From positions 262,177 to 326,176 of the forward strand of contig JBAYVE010000001.1 of assembly GCA_041674765.1 (NCBI GenBank): a stretch of DNA of 64,000 nucleotides, given 5' to 3'. This document shows, piece after piece, positions 35,788 through 47,253 of this stretch (its first letter is position 1; each line of letters starts with the position of its first letter). The stretch comes from Patescibacteria group bacterium (GTDB lineage: Bacteria > Patescibacteriota > UBA1384 > XYA2-FULL-43-10 > 1-14-0-10-43-13). The position numbers and the translations under genes were made by a program. A model generated the notes under the pieces. It saw nothing but the letters and a program-made list of their open reading frames with translations, was not told the origin of the DNA and searched no databases.

Positions 35788-36760
35788 TATTGATTTATCA
35801 ACACAATTGATTGTTGAAGAAGCCGTCAGTCGGAATATTGCTGCTGTGCGTCTAGGAGAGAGAGACATCTTCGAACTAAAGTTGGGCAGTCATACTGATT
35901 ATGTCTGTGATCAGAGTTTGTCATCTTTTGGTCTCATAGCCAGGGCTTGTTGTGCAAATAAGGAAACCACTAAATACTGCTTAAATAGAGCCGGCATAGC
36001 CATAGCAGAAGGGGATATTTTTGCTAGCGGCCAGATTGAAGAAGCGCTCATATACGCAAAAGAAATTGGTTGGCCAGTTGTAATTAAGCCCAGTAACTCA
36101 AAATTTGGTAACTCAGTTTTTCTTGATATTAATTCGGCTGATGATTTCATTGATTCTTTCCAGAAATGCGTCAAAAATTTTGACAAGATAATTGTTGAAA
36201 AATATGTCGAAGGGACCGAATACCGGATTTTAGCAACCAGGGAGAAGGTAGCAGCTATCACAAAACGGGTACCAGCCAATGTAATCGGTGATGGTCTAAA
36301 GACATTGAGCGAATTGATTAAAGAAAAAAACAATGATCTAAGAAGAAAAGAGAAGAAGGGCCTGTTTCCAATAGTTATTGACGAGGTTGCAAAACGAAGC
36401 TTTGAGAGAAAAAGCATTCTTTTAGAAACGGTACCCGAAAAAGGAAAGCAAATCTTTTTGAGGGATAATTCAAATCTCTCTACCGGCGGCGATAGTATCG
36501 ATTTTACTGACATGGCTCATCCAAGTGTAAAGGAAATTGCTGTCAGGGTGATAAAATCCATTCCAGGACTACTTTATGGCGGCGTGGATTTCCTAACCAA
36601 GGATATCACCAAATTCCAGACAGATGACTCATATATTATCGTTGAAGTTAACTCAAGCCCGATGATTTCGATGCACCACTATCCTTACAAGGGCAAACCT
36701 AGAAATGTTGCCAAGGAAATCATCGATATCGCCTTTCCCGAAACCAAGGAGAAAAAATGA
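35777..36760 (+). CDS. RimK / cyanophycin-synthetase-N-terminal-like ATP-grasp ligase (paralog B)
   Basis: WPVVIKPSNSKFGNSV; VIGDGLKTLSELIKEKNNDLRR; NSNLSTGGDSIDFTDMAHPSVKEIAVRVIKSIPGLLYGGVDFLTKDIT...IVEVNSSP. It overlaps the upstream paralog by 11 nt and ruvA by 4 nt. Confidence 0.7.
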   Translation: MKNNIDLSTQLIVEEAVSRNIAAVRLGERDIFELKLGSHTDYVCDQSLSSFGLIARACCANKETTKYCLNRAGIAIAEGDIFASGQIEEALIYAKEIGWPVVIKPSNSKFGNSVFLDINSADDFIDSFQKCVKNFDKIIVEKYVEGTEYRILATREKVAAITKRVPANVIGDGLKTLSELIKEKNNDLRRKEKKGLFPIVIDEVAKRSFERKSILLETVPEKGKQIFLRDNSNLSTGGDSIDFTDMAHPSVKEIAVRVIKSIPGLLYGGVDFLTKDITKFQTDDSYIIVEVNSSPMISMHHYPYKGKPRNVAKEIIDIAFPETKEKK

Positions 36761-37323
36761 TTTCTTATCTCAAAGGGAGAGTTATTATCAGCAAAGTCGG
36801 CTTTGCAATTATCGAGACTGGTGGAGTCGGCTATGGTATTAACATCAATCAATCTGTCGTTTTGAAAAATAATGAGAGTGTTGAGCTCTTCATTCATGAA
36901 CATATACGGGAAGATAGCGATGATTTATATGGTTTTCCGTCATATGAAGAGTTGGATTTATTCCAAAAATTAATTTCCGTAAATGGGGTTGGTCCGAAAG
37001 CCGGCCTCAATATTATGTCACAAGCAAAACCGGGCCGAATTATTCAAGCAATTTCAAGAGATGACCTCAGCTTTTTTATCGCTATTTCGGGGATCGGTAA
37101 AAAGGTAGCCGCAAAAATCGTTCTTGATTTGAAATCAAAGTTATCAGGCGATAAAAACATTGGCGTTTTTTCAGAACTTGACGGAGCTGGCGATGTTATG
37201 GACGCTCTTGTTTCTCTCGGCTACAAGCAGACGGAGATTCAAAGTCTTATCATCAAAATTCCTGGCGAGGTAGTCTCGAGCGAAGATAAAGTGCGCTGGT
37301 GTCTCAAGAATCTAGGACGTTGA
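36757..37323 (+). CDS. ruvA: Holliday junction branch migration protein RuvA
   Basis: MISYLKGRV...GVGYGI start, HhH motifs (LISVNGVGPKAG; ISGIGKKVAAKIV), and a C-terminal RuvB-binding domain. Confidence 0.9.
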   Translation: MISYLKGRVIISKVGFAIIETGGVGYGININQSVVLKNNESVELFIHEHIREDSDDLYGFPSYEELDLFQKLISVNGVGPKAGLNIMSQAKPGRIIQAISRDDLSFFIAISGIGKKVAAKIVLDLKSKLSGDKNIGVFSELDGAGDVMDALVSLGYKQTEIQSLIIKIPGEVVSSEDKVRWCLKNLGR

Positions 37324-37398
37324 TTTTTGGAATTTGTTTACATCGTTCGATAGACTCTCTATAATAATATTGCTTATTCAGTAAGAGCAGTAACTTTT

Positions 37399-38418
37399 AT
37401 GGATCTTGAAATCGACAATTTAGAGACCGATCTTTTGGCGGGAACAGCGTTAAATGACGAAGACCTGAGACTAGATATTTCGTTGCGTCCGGCAAAATTT
37501 TCTGAGTATATCGGACAGCAACAAATAATCGAAAATCTCTTAATTTTTATTGAAGCAGCAAGAAAAAGAGGGGAGCCGGTTGAGCACCTCCTCTTCTATG
37601 GTCCTCCGGGATTAGGTAAAACTACACTTGCTAATATCATTTCTAATGAGATGGGAGTAAACTTCCGCCTGACCTCCGGGCCCGCTATCCAACGTTCGGG
37701 TGATCTGATCGCGTTGCTTACAAATCTTTCCGAGAGCGATATATTATTCATAGATGAAATTCACAGACTTAACCGGACAGTAGAAGAAGTCCTGTATTCG
37801 GCGATGGAGGATTTTGCGGTAGATCTGATTCTCGGTAAAGGCCCTTCGGCGAAGGCGATGAGAATCAATCTGCCAAAATTTACTCTTATCGGTGCGACTA
37901 CAAAGTTTGGGGCCTTATCCTCGCCGCTTCGAGACCGTTTTGGCTTCATTCATCGACTGGAGTTTTACAACGAGAAGGAGCTCTCTAAAATTATAAAGCG
38001 CTCTGCCGGCATTCTTAACATAGCGATTGATGATGGAGGAACGGCTGAAATTGCTAAAAGAGCAAGAAGAACTCCGAGAATTGCCAACAGAATCTTAAAG
38101 AGAGTTCGTGATTATGCCGAAGTTAAGCATAATGGGAAGATCGACGGTAAGATTGCAAGAGAAGCGATTGATAAATTGGACATCGATCATCTGGGACTTG
38201 ATAAAAACGATAGGGAATATCTAAATTGCATAATTAATAAATTTGAGGGCGGTCCTGTCGGCCTGGATACGATTAGTGCTGCTCTTTCGGAAGACAAAGA
38301 CACAATCGAAGATGTAATTGAGCCCTATTTACTTCAGCTTGGATTTATAAATCGTACGAACAGAGGTAGAATTGCGACAGTTCATGCCTATGAACACTTC
38401 AATAAAAAGGGACAATGA
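37399..38418 (+). CDS. ruvB: Holliday junction DNA helicase RuvB
   Basis: [12 protein letters not shown], Walker [12 protein letters not shown], Walker [11 protein letters not shown], and a winged-helix C-terminus. Confidence 0.95.
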   Translation: MDLEIDNLETDLLAGTALNDEDLRLDISLRPAKFSEYIGQQQIIENLLIFIEAARKRGEPVEHLLFYGPPGLGKTTLANIISNEMGVNFRLTSGPAIQRSGDLIALLTNLSESDILFIDEIHRLNRTVEEVLYSAMEDFAVDLILGKGPSAKAMRINLPKFTLIGATTKFGALSSPLRDRFGFIHRLEFYNEKELSKIIKRSAGILNIAIDDGGTAEIAKRARRTPRIANRILKRVRDYAEVKHNGKIDGKIAREAIDKLDIDHLGLDKNDREYLNCIINKFEGGPVGLDTISAALSEDKDTIEDVIEPYLLQLGFINRTNRGRIATVHAYEHFNKKGQ

Positions 38419-38444
38419 AACACAGTGAATAATTAATTTATAAA

Positions 38445-39029
38445 ATGAATCAGCCCTTAAAGAAAATTTTAGTTCATACTTGTTGCGCTCTCTGCAGCAG
38501 CCATGTCTTGAAGCAATTGGAGCACGCTGGTTTTAAAGTTGTTATATTTTTCTACAATCCTCAGATCTCTGACCCTGAAGAACATCAAAAGCGGTTGGAT
38601 GATGTCAGAAGAATTTGTCAGGACAAAGATTATGAGTGGATTGCCCCGGATTTGAAAGTCAGTGATTTTTCCAACTTAGTTGAGCCCTATAAAAATAAGC
38701 AAAATATTAAATATATAAGTGATAAAGACCGATATCAGCGCCGTCGTTGCAATATCTGTAATACTCTTCTCATGCAAAAAACTGTTGAACAGGCAAAGAA
38801 GGCAAGGATTAAATTTTTTACGACAACTCTTCTCTGTTCGCCCTACAAAGATCATGATTTGATTATTGAAGTTTGCAATGAGAGGGCACTGGATTATAAC
38901 GTGAACTTTTACTATCAAGATTTTCGTAAGGGCTATTGGATGGGTAGAAATTATGGCCGGAGCCATGACGCTCATATTCCTGCATTCTGCGGTTGCGAAG
39001 AATCAAGGGAGGAAAGGAGATTAGAATAG
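38445..39029 (+). CDS. queH: Epoxyqueuosine reductase QueH (DUF208)
   Basis: ILVHTCCALCSSHVL...FFYNPQI...CQDKDYEWIAPD and later Cys residues match the QueH pattern (HxCCxxC ... FFYNPNI). Confidence 0.65.
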   Translation: MNQPLKKILVHTCCALCSSHVLKQLEHAGFKVVIFFYNPQISDPEEHQKRLDDVRRICQDKDYEWIAPDLKVSDFSNLVEPYKNKQNIKYISDKDRYQRRRCNICNTLLMQKTVEQAKKARIKFFTTTLLCSPYKDHDLIIEVCNERALDYNVNFYYQDFRKGYWMGRNYGRSHDAHIPAFCGCEESREERRLE

Positions 39030-39232
39030 CTAGTATTATCTTAATTTATTCAGTTTTTGTCTGTTCTTTTGCCGCAGCAAGCTTGCTTGCAATCTTTTCG
39101 TTAACCAGGTATGCCGATGCCAGTAAACTTGCTAAGCGGATTTCAACTATTTATGGTGCCTTGTGTGTTGGTATTATTGTCGCTACCTATATAATTTTGA
39201 TTATTAGAGCTTCATCAAATGAACAAATGTGA
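38993..39232 (+). CDS. Small hypothetical membrane protein (79 aa), overlaps the queH 3' end
   Basis: ORF only, with two hydrophobic helices; the start is uncertain. Confidence 0.25.
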   Translation: MRRIKGGKEIRIASIILIYSVFVCSFAAASLLAIFSLTRYADASKLAKRISTIYGALCVGIIVATYIILIIRASSNEQM

Positions 39233-39968
39233 AAAAAAATTATTTCCTACTCAGGAATCTTCCGAAAAAGTTTTTATTCTTATTCGGAAACATTGGTTTG
39301 CTTACGCCTTATTTTTCTTTTTAGCTCTAATTTTCGTTATTCCCCTTATAGCTCTAATTATTTATTGGAGCTATAATCCAGTGGTTTTTTCTGGATTTGC
39401 AGGAAACATTGCGGTAATCTGTTCCAGTATCTATTTCTTGGTAATTTTAGGAATTGAATTTTACGGCTTTATTGATTTTTATCTTGATGTTGACATTGTG
39501 ACCGACAGGAGAATCGTTGATATCACTCAGGGAGGCCTATTTAAAAGATCAATCGCCGAATTGCATTTGCGGGAAGTTCAGGACGTTCATGCTAAAGTCC
39601 ATGGCTTTTTCCCTACGATGCTGAATTATGGTGATGTTGTGATCCAGACTGCAGGGGAGCGAGCCAATTTTATTTTTTCCTCAGTACCAGATCCTTACTC
39701 TGTCGCCAAAAGAATTATCGATTTGCATGAACACCAAATCCAGATTATTGATGGGAGTGAAGACGGTACTAACTGCGATCATCTTACCGAAAAAAGGGGG
39801 GAGGGTAAATTCAACTTTAGGGCTGGCTCGGAATCAGAACATTTAGTTAGGACAACTTTGTCAGAGAGCAACAATGTTTTACATGTCGGTCATAAAAACT
39901 TAAACCAATTGAGAAACGGCGAGTCTAATTCAGGTGAATTATCAGCAGGTAAAGAGGTCAATCTATGA
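39219..39968 (+). CDS. Membrane protein with a bacterial PH domain (YdbS/YdbT-like)
   Basis: Two N-terminal TMs, then RRIVDITQGGLFKRSIAELHLREVQDVHAKVHGFFPTMLNYGDVVIQTAG, which is typical of bPH_2. Confidence 0.55.
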   Translation: MNKCEKKLFPTQESSEKVFILIRKHWFAYALFFFLALIFVIPLIALIIYWSYNPVVFSGFAGNIAVICSSIYFLVILGIEFYGFIDFYLDVDIVTDRRIVDITQGGLFKRSIAELHLREVQDVHAKVHGFFPTMLNYGDVVIQTAGERANFIFSSVPDPYSVAKRIIDLHEHQIQIIDGSEDGTNCDHLTEKRGEGKFNFRAGSESEHLVRTTLSESNNVLHVGHKNLNQLRNGESNSGELSAGKEVNL

Positions 39969-41023
39969 TGAAGTTATCGGATTTTGATTATCTTATCACA
40001 GATGATCTAATCGCCGACAAACCGGTGCCGAAGAGGGATTCCTCCCGTCTGCTTTTTCTTAACCGTGAGAATGGAGCGACCGAAGATTGTGCTTTTGGCG
40101 ATTTAAAAAAATATTTAAAAGACGGTGACCTACTAATTTTAAATAATTCCAAAGTCTTTCCAGCCCGTCTTCTTGGCGAGAAAAAAACTGGAGGGCGATT
40201 TGAAATATTGCTTGATCGACAAATCTCTAGCAATACCTTTTTGGCGATCGGAAAGGGCCTAAAAGTTGGACAGAGTTTGTCATTTCCGGGGAGTAGATTG
40301 ATAGCAAAAGTGACCGCCAAAGATGACAACGTCTATACTATAAAATTTAACTTTGCCGGGAGTCTACTATTCGATGAGTTAGAAAAAACCGGTCAGATTC
40401 CGCTGCCTCCCTATATTGAAAAAAGACGCATCAAGAATGGCTTCACGGGGTTTGATGATAGATCACGTTATCAGACAGTTTATGCAAAAGAGACCGGCAG
40501 CGCGGCAGCGCCGACGGCTGGTCTTCATTTTACGAAAGAGCTTCTTTCCGAAGTGGAGGCTATGGGCGTAAAGCGGCTCGAGATAACTTTGCATGTTGGG
40601 CTGGGTACATTTTTGCCTGTAAAAACCGATAATATTCTCGAACATAAGATGCACGAAGAGTATTTTAGTGTTGATCCACAGGTTCTCGCTGAAATATCAA
40701 AAGCAAAGCATGAAGGGCGGAGGATTATTGCTGTAGGTACGACCACCACTCGGGTGCTCGAACATTTAGCCAACGCTTTTGATTTAGAAAATTCAATTTC
40801 ATTGCCGTCCTCAATAAGCGGGACAACTGATATATTTATTTATCCAGGCTATAAGTTCAAATGTATCGACGGTTTGATAACCAATTTTCATTTACCGAAA
40901 TCAACACTTTTGATGCTTGTATCGGCCTTTGCCGGGAAAAATGCAGTAATAGAGGCATATAAACATGCAGTTAAAGAAAAATACCGATTTTTTTCGTATG
41001 GTGATGCCATGCTCATTTTGTAA
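39965..41023 (+). CDS. queA: S-adenosylmethionine:tRNA ribosyltransferase-isomerase QueA
   Basis: LSDFDYLITDDLIADKPVPKRDSSRLLFL N-terminus, plus the conserved middle and C-terminus (LHVGLGTF; TTTRVLE). Confidence 0.85.
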   Translation: MMKLSDFDYLITDDLIADKPVPKRDSSRLLFLNRENGATEDCAFGDLKKYLKDGDLLILNNSKVFPARLLGEKKTGGRFEILLDRQISSNTFLAIGKGLKVGQSLSFPGSRLIAKVTAKDDNVYTIKFNFAGSLLFDELEKTGQIPLPPYIEKRRIKNGFTGFDDRSRYQTVYAKETGSAAAPTAGLHFTKELLSEVEAMGVKRLEITLHVGLGTFLPVKTDNILEHKMHEEYFSVDPQVLAEISKAKHEGRRIIAVGTTTTRVLEHLANAFDLENSISLPSSISGTTDIFIYPGYKFKCIDGLITNFHLPKSTLLMLVSAFAGKNAVIEAYKHAVKEKYRFFSYGDAMLIL

Positions 41024-41190
41024 TTTTTGCTCTCATTCTAACGGCAGAAAAAAATTTAGCTCAATCAGTTTGCCGTGTTTATAGAATATTGCCAACCGAA
41101 CACGAAAATGTTAGAATTTTAACTTCGGCGAAGCTGCCGGCAGCCGGATAGAAGTGAGTTGTGAACTATTATCGGTAGTTTGTTTGAATT

Positions 41191-41616
41191 ATGGAATACA
41201 TTTGTAAAACCGAGCAAGAGACTGCTGATCTTGCTAAGAAGGTCGCGAGTGGAGCAAAACAGGGGGATATCTTCGCCCTTTTTGGCGAACTTGGTTCCGG
41301 AAAGACAACCTTTGCGAAATCATTTTCCAGTGCTTTGGGCGTCAGGCAGGTTGTCACTAGCCCAACCTATTCGATAGTTAAATCCTACAAGATAGATAAA
41401 GATGGAGAGATCGGAAAAGTTTATCATCTAGATTGCTATCGGCTAAGTAATTCCTTGGAGATAGAAACTATTGGCCTGGAAGAAATCTTGTCTGACGGTG
41501 ATGCCGTTTTTCTGCTGGAATGGCCAGAGCGTGTTATGGAAATATTGCCTAAAGATAGACTAAAATGCATCTCGTTTTCTTATGTTGACGGCGATACAAG
41601 AAAGATTACGATATGA
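41191..41616 (+). CDS. tsaE: tRNA t6A biosynthesis protein TsaE (YjeE P-loop ATPase)
   Basis: FALFGELGSGKTTFAKSF and VTSPTYSIVKSY. Confidence 0.8.
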   Translation: MEYICKTEQETADLAKKVASGAKQGDIFALFGELGSGKTTFAKSFSSALGVRQVVTSPTYSIVKSYKIDKDGEIGKVYHLDCYRLSNSLEIETIGLEEILSDGDAVFLLEWPERVMEILPKDRLKCISFSYVDGDTRKITI

Positions 41617-41972
41617 TTTTGTTTATTGATACTTCGTGCCAGGAGACACTAATAAAATTAATCTACGGGCAGAAGACCATTCGTAGTAAGACTTGGCAAT
41701 CAATGCAGAACCATTCTGAAGAGCTATTGCCAGAGATTAGCATCTTGCTCGGTGAGGATAAGTCGAATATAAAGAAAATCATCGTGAACTCTGGCCCAGG
41801 CTCATATACCGGACTTCGTGTCGGTATTACGGTGGCAAATCTGTTAGCGTTTGCCTTTGATATTCCGGTCGACAAAAAGGGCGTATCGAGTAGGGAAAAA
41901 TCATTCCAATTGCCAGTTCTTCCCGAATATGGCCGTGACCCTTTTATCACCAAGTCCAGATCTGGATTATAG
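41613..41972 (+). CDS. tsaB: tRNA t6A biosynthesis protein TsaB (YeaZ), short form
   Basis: MILFIDTSCQETLIKLI...IIVNSGPGSYTGLRVGITVANLLAFA (Kae1/YeaZ N-terminal fold); only 119 aa. Confidence 0.6.
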   Translation: MILFIDTSCQETLIKLIYGQKTIRSKTWQSMQNHSEELLPEISILLGEDKSNIKKIIVNSGPGSYTGLRVGITVANLLAFAFDIPVDKKGVSSREKSFQLPVLPEYGRDPFITKSRSGL

Positions 41973-41995
41973 AGAACGATTCTGTTAAAATTAGT

Positions 41996-43411
41996 TTGTC
42001 AGCATTTATTATGAATTTTTTAAGAAAAAAACAATTTTCCAATGAGCTATCGAAAAAGCCATTTTACAAGAAACGTGGCTGGAAGATAGTATTTTTAATA
42101 ATTTCTGTGCTCTTTGTAGTTGGACTCTCCTTTGCTTCCTATTTATTTTCAAAAGGCAGCAAGATTTTTGAAGGAGGCTTTAGCGGCTCTGAAATTATTA
42201 AAACCCTTTATGGCCAGGAATTACTGAAAGGTGAGAAGGAAGATCGAATTAACGTTTTACTTATGGGTATAGGAGGCCAAAATCATCCCGGTGGATACCT
42301 GGCTGACTCGATTATCATGATCAGCATCCAGCCATCAACAAAGAAAGCTGCGATGGTATCTATTCCCCGCGACTTATATGTCTCAATTGAAGGTCACGGA
42401 GAAGCTAAAATCAACGAATCCTTTGCTGATGGTTATAATGATTACATAAATAAAAATTGCAAGAAGTCCCAGAAACAGTGCCAAAGCTCGGCAATTTCGG
42501 CCGGGGCTGAATTGAGCTCCAAGACGGTTGGAACAACTTTAAACCAGCCAATACAATATTATGTCGTGGGTGATTTCTCGGGCTTTGAGAAGATTATCGA
42601 TCAGCTGGGCGGAGTCGATGTCTACGTGGACAAAGCTTTGTATGATCCTTTTTTTCCGGCTGACGACATGGTTAACTACGCACCATTTAGGATCAATGCC
42701 GGACAGCAACATTTGGATGGAAAGACGGCGCTAAAGTTTGCGCGATCCCGTGAGACAACATCGGACTTTGATAGAGCCGCACGTCAACAGAAGGTAATGG
42801 CTGGGATCAAGAATAAGGCTATGAACGCTGGTATACTAGCCAATCCCAAGAAAATATCTGACCTTGTTTCGACCTTAGGTGACTCTGTTCATACGAATTT
42901 TTCTCCGTCCGAATTGCGTTCTTTCCTCAATATTATCAAAGATTTGAATGATGGCGATATGATCAATAAGGTTTTGAAAACTGGCGCCGACGGGGAACTA
43001 ATCGACTCTAACAATGGTACATATTACCTTAAGCCGAAAAGTGGAAGCTATAGAGAAATTCAAAATACAATAAAAAATATTTTCACGATCGGTAATAGTG
43101 ACGAAAAATTTGAGGTTGAGGTTATAAACGGCTCAGGGACATCGGGACTCGCTTCAAAAGCATCAAAAAAAATTGAAGATATATCAAATTTAGAAATTGT
43201 TAGTATCTCCAGCTCTACATCAAAAGTCGCTAAATCAGTAATCAACGACTATTCAGACGGAAAGAGTAGTCAAACAATTGAACTTATAAAAAAGAACCTT
43301 GGTATTAATTTGGTTGTTAAAAAGACCGTTGGCGCCAGTAATAATTCCAATGCCAACAAACAAGTTGATATCTCTATTATTATCGGCGGTGACTACAAAA
43401 TAGCAAATTAA
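41996..43411 (+). CDS. LytR-CpsA-Psr (LCP) family cell-envelope phosphotransferase
   Basis: N-terminal TM; INVLLMGIGGQ...LADSIIMISIQPSTKKAAMVSIPRDLYV...LKFARSRE; C-terminal LytR_C-like region. Confidence 0.75.
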   Translation: MSAFIMNFLRKKQFSNELSKKPFYKKRGWKIVFLIISVLFVVGLSFASYLFSKGSKIFEGGFSGSEIIKTLYGQELLKGEKEDRINVLLMGIGGQNHPGGYLADSIIMISIQPSTKKAAMVSIPRDLYVSIEGHGEAKINESFADGYNDYINKNCKKSQKQCQSSAISAGAELSSKTVGTTLNQPIQYYVVGDFSGFEKIIDQLGGVDVYVDKALYDPFFPADDMVNYAPFRINAGQQHLDGKTALKFARSRETTSDFDRAARQQKVMAGIKNKAMNAGILANPKKISDLVSTLGDSVHTNFSPSELRSFLNIIKDLNDGDMINKVLKTGADGELIDSNNGTYYLKPKSGSYREIQNTIKNIFTIGNSDEKFEVEVINGSGTSGLASKASKKIEDISNLEIVSISSSTSKVAKSVINDYSDGKSSQTIELIKKNLGINLVVKKTVGASNNSNANKQVDISIIIGGDYKIAN

Positions 43412-43419
43412 AATTATTT

Positions 43420-43995
43420 ATGGCTTTTTTACATAACCAAATCTTTCGGAGGGTTGTTTTGAGTCTTATTTTGTCGTGGGGAGTTTTTACTTTCTACTGG
43501 ACAAATCCCGGCAATTGGTTCCAACTGATTTCAATTTTCCTCATAGGGGTGGTCTGTCTTTTCTTGATTTGGCGAGAATATTCGCCTGTTTTTATACTTC
43601 TTTTTCTCTCGTTCACTTCATCTTACTCCTTCAATGTTTTTCTAGCCCAGATGAATTTACCTGTTTGGCTAATAATGGTTGCATTATTAATTATTTTCGG
43701 ATACCTTTTCATTTATTTGGAACAAAAAATCGGAATTTTAGGGAATAAGCGTTTGATATATCTTATTCTTTTTAGTTTGATTACTTTAGAGATTTTTCTG
43801 TCTTTGACATATTTTTTAATCAGTCCTATTAGTCAAAGTCTGATTATTGCAACTACGAGTTATCTGTTCGTAGGGTTTTGTTATACTATCTTAGCGAAGC
43901 ACGTAGATAACAAATTCTCGACTTACTTAATTATTTCTGGCATAGTTATATTACTTGTGTTTCTCACGTCCAGCTGGGGAGGCGGCCTTGCTTAA
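43420..43995 (+). CDS. Hypothetical polytopic membrane protein (191 aa)
   Basis: Five or six hydrophobic helices; no motif. Confidence 0.4.
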   Translation: MAFLHNQIFRRVVLSLILSWGVFTFYWTNPGNWFQLISIFLIGVVCLFLIWREYSPVFILLFLSFTSSYSFNVFLAQMNLPVWLIMVALLIIFGYLFIYLEQKIGILGNKRLIYLILFSLITLEIFLSLTYFLISPISQSLIIATTSYLFVGFCYTILAKHVDNKFSTYLIISGIVILLVFLTSSWGGGLA

Positions 43996-44039
43996 GTTTG
44001 AGATTAATCCTATAATCAAATAAATCAATTGGAGAAATT

Positions 44040-45089
44040 ATGTCTGAAACCAAAAACGGGAATAAAAAAGTTAGTTTAAAGCTTCCAAAGATAGCGATTC
44101 CGGATAAAGGCGTCATCTTTTTAAGAAAGATCGGCGAAATCTTCAAAGGATGGAAAATCAAGCTAGTAAAGTGCATTAGAACCTTTTTAAAATCAAGGCT
44201 TGCTGGAGTTCTTTCTAAAGTATTGATTGTCGTCGTTATATTATTTGCATTCGTTGAAGTAGCCGCCGGAGTGATGCTATATGGGCTCCACCAGGAAAAC
44301 AAGTTTCTAAACATCATGGCTAAGATAGTACCCATGCCTGTTGCTGTTGTTAACTACGATTTCATTACGTACAATGATTACCTTCGAGAAAAAGAATATA
44401 TTCATCACTTCTATGATGCAACTCAGCAGGGAGATGTTAGCTTCGGAGAGATTGACAGTCAAATTTTAGATCAGCTTATCGAAAACAAGATTATTGTTTT
44501 TGAAGCATCAAAGAGCCATATTAAGGTTGATAGGAAGGAGATCGATATCACTATTAACACAATTATCGATCAAAACGGAGGGCAGGAAAAAGTTGAAAAG
44601 GTCTTAAGCGATCTATATGGTCTCTCCTTGAAAGACTTTCGAAAATTAGTCACTACTCAACTTCTCCGAGACAAAGTCAATAACAGTGTTATCGCAAAGG
44701 TTGAGGTTGGACATATCTTAATTAGAGTTGATCAGGATGCGACTGAAGAAAAAGTCACTGAAGGAAGAACAAAAATCGAGGGAATACTAGCCGACATCAG
44801 AGATGCAAAGATATCTTTCGAAGACTCTGCAAAGAAAAACTCTGAAGACATCGGCAGCGCTGAGCAGGGGGGCAGACTGGAGGCTTTTGCAGCCGGAGAA
44901 ATGGTACCAGAGTTCTCAGACATGGCTTTTGAGACGAATGTTGAGGAAATATCTGAGCCGGTTAGGACCGAGTTCGGCTGGCACATTATAAAAGTCTATT
45001 CAAAGACCGGCTCTGTCGAAATGAAATTTGCTGACTGGGTGCAAAGTCTTCGCAGCAAGAGTTTGATTTTAAAATTATATAGTTTATAA
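44040..45089 (+). CDS. Membrane-anchored parvulin-type peptidyl-prolyl isomerase (PrsA/SurA-like)
   Basis: TM, SurA-like N domain, then a PpiC-type segment VGHILIRVDQDATEE...SAEQGGRLEAFAAGEMVPEFSDMAFE...FGWHIIKV. Confidence 0.6.
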   Translation: MSETKNGNKKVSLKLPKIAIPDKGVIFLRKIGEIFKGWKIKLVKCIRTFLKSRLAGVLSKVLIVVVILFAFVEVAAGVMLYGLHQENKFLNIMAKIVPMPVAVVNYDFITYNDYLREKEYIHHFYDATQQGDVSFGEIDSQILDQLIENKIIVFEASKSHIKVDRKEIDITINTIIDQNGGQEKVEKVLSDLYGLSLKDFRKLVTTQLLRDKVNNSVIAKVEVGHILIRVDQDATEEKVTEGRTKIEGILADIRDAKISFEDSAKKNSEDIGSAEQGGRLEAFAAGEMVPEFSDMAFETNVEEISEPVRTEFGWHIIKVYSKTGSVEMKFADWVQSLRSKSLILKLYSL

Positions 45090-45103
45090 ATATTCCAATC
45101 AAA

Positions 45104-45134
45104 TAAAAAAAGAGGCTTGAAGCCTCTTTTTTTC
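45104..45134. terminator. Bidirectional rho-independent terminator between convergent genes
   Basis: A7-AGAGGC-TTGAA-GCCTCT-T7. Confidence 0.7.
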
Positions 45135-45756
45135 AACTACTTTTTGAATGATCTCTAATCTCTTTTCTAATTACATTGCCAGAATCATCGATCTCGTAAA
45201 TATAGAGGACGCCAGTCCCGAGCACAACTTCCGGAATGTCTTCATCTGATATCTCCTCTAAATGTTTAACGATGGCGCGAAGAGAGTTTCCGTGAGCGGC
45301 AACAATGACATTATGTCCAGCTTTAACGTCTTTCATTATCTCTTGTTCGAAGTAAGGCAAAGCCCTCTCGGCCGTGTCCTTTAGGGATTCGCCATTTGGT
45401 GGAGCAATGTGCCAGCTTCGGCGGTAGAGTTGAAATTTTTCTGCGCCAAAGTGTTTTTTAGCCTCATCTTTATTCATACCGGCTAGATCACCGTAGTCCC
45501 GTTCTTTGATTGCCGGATGCTTTTTTACTTCGATATGTTGTTGGTTGGTTCCTGCCAGAATTATCTTGAGTGTCTCCTGAGCTCTCTTTAGGTCGGAGGT
45601 GTGTGCTTTGTGCAGAACTATATCCGATAACAGCCCTGCGGCCTTTCGGGCCTCTTCTCTACCTTGTTCGGTTAATTCAACATCGGTATGTCCTGTGAAT
45701 TTATTTATAACATTCCACTCTGATTGGCCATGTCTTACCAAAACTAAATATGCCAT
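45133..45756 (-). CDS. Histidine-phosphatase family protein, phosphoglycerate mutase-like (short GpmA/GpmB type)
   Basis: LVLVRHGQSEWN (RHG catalytic motif), ...GHTDVELTEQG..., and a later H in the HGNSLRA region. Confidence 0.75.
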   Translation of the reverse strand: MAYLVLVRHGQSEWNVINKFTGHTDVELTEQGREEARKAAGLLSDIVLHKAHTSDLKRAQETLKIILAGTNQQHIEVKKHPAIKERDYGDLAGMNKDEAKKHFGAEKFQLYRRSWHIAPPNGESLKDTAERALPYFEQEIMKDVKAGHNVIVAAHGNSLRAIVKHLEEISDEDIPEVVLGTGVLYIYEIDDSGNVIRKEIRDHSKSS

Positions 45757-45832
45757 GTTTTCTCCAAATTACAATTTAATAGTTCCTAAAATAAAAAATT
45801 AACCGGTTATGCATCGATTGAATTATGTTAGG

Positions 45833-47128
<1,296 letters not shown>

Positions 47129-47253
47129 CTAAATTATCTATTTCGAACTAAACTTTATCATTTTACGTTCAGAATTGGAAGCCACGATTTTTTTGCAAAA
47201 AGACCTAATGATTTCCGTGTTCTATTATTTCTTAATATACAGGAAGGAGAAAA

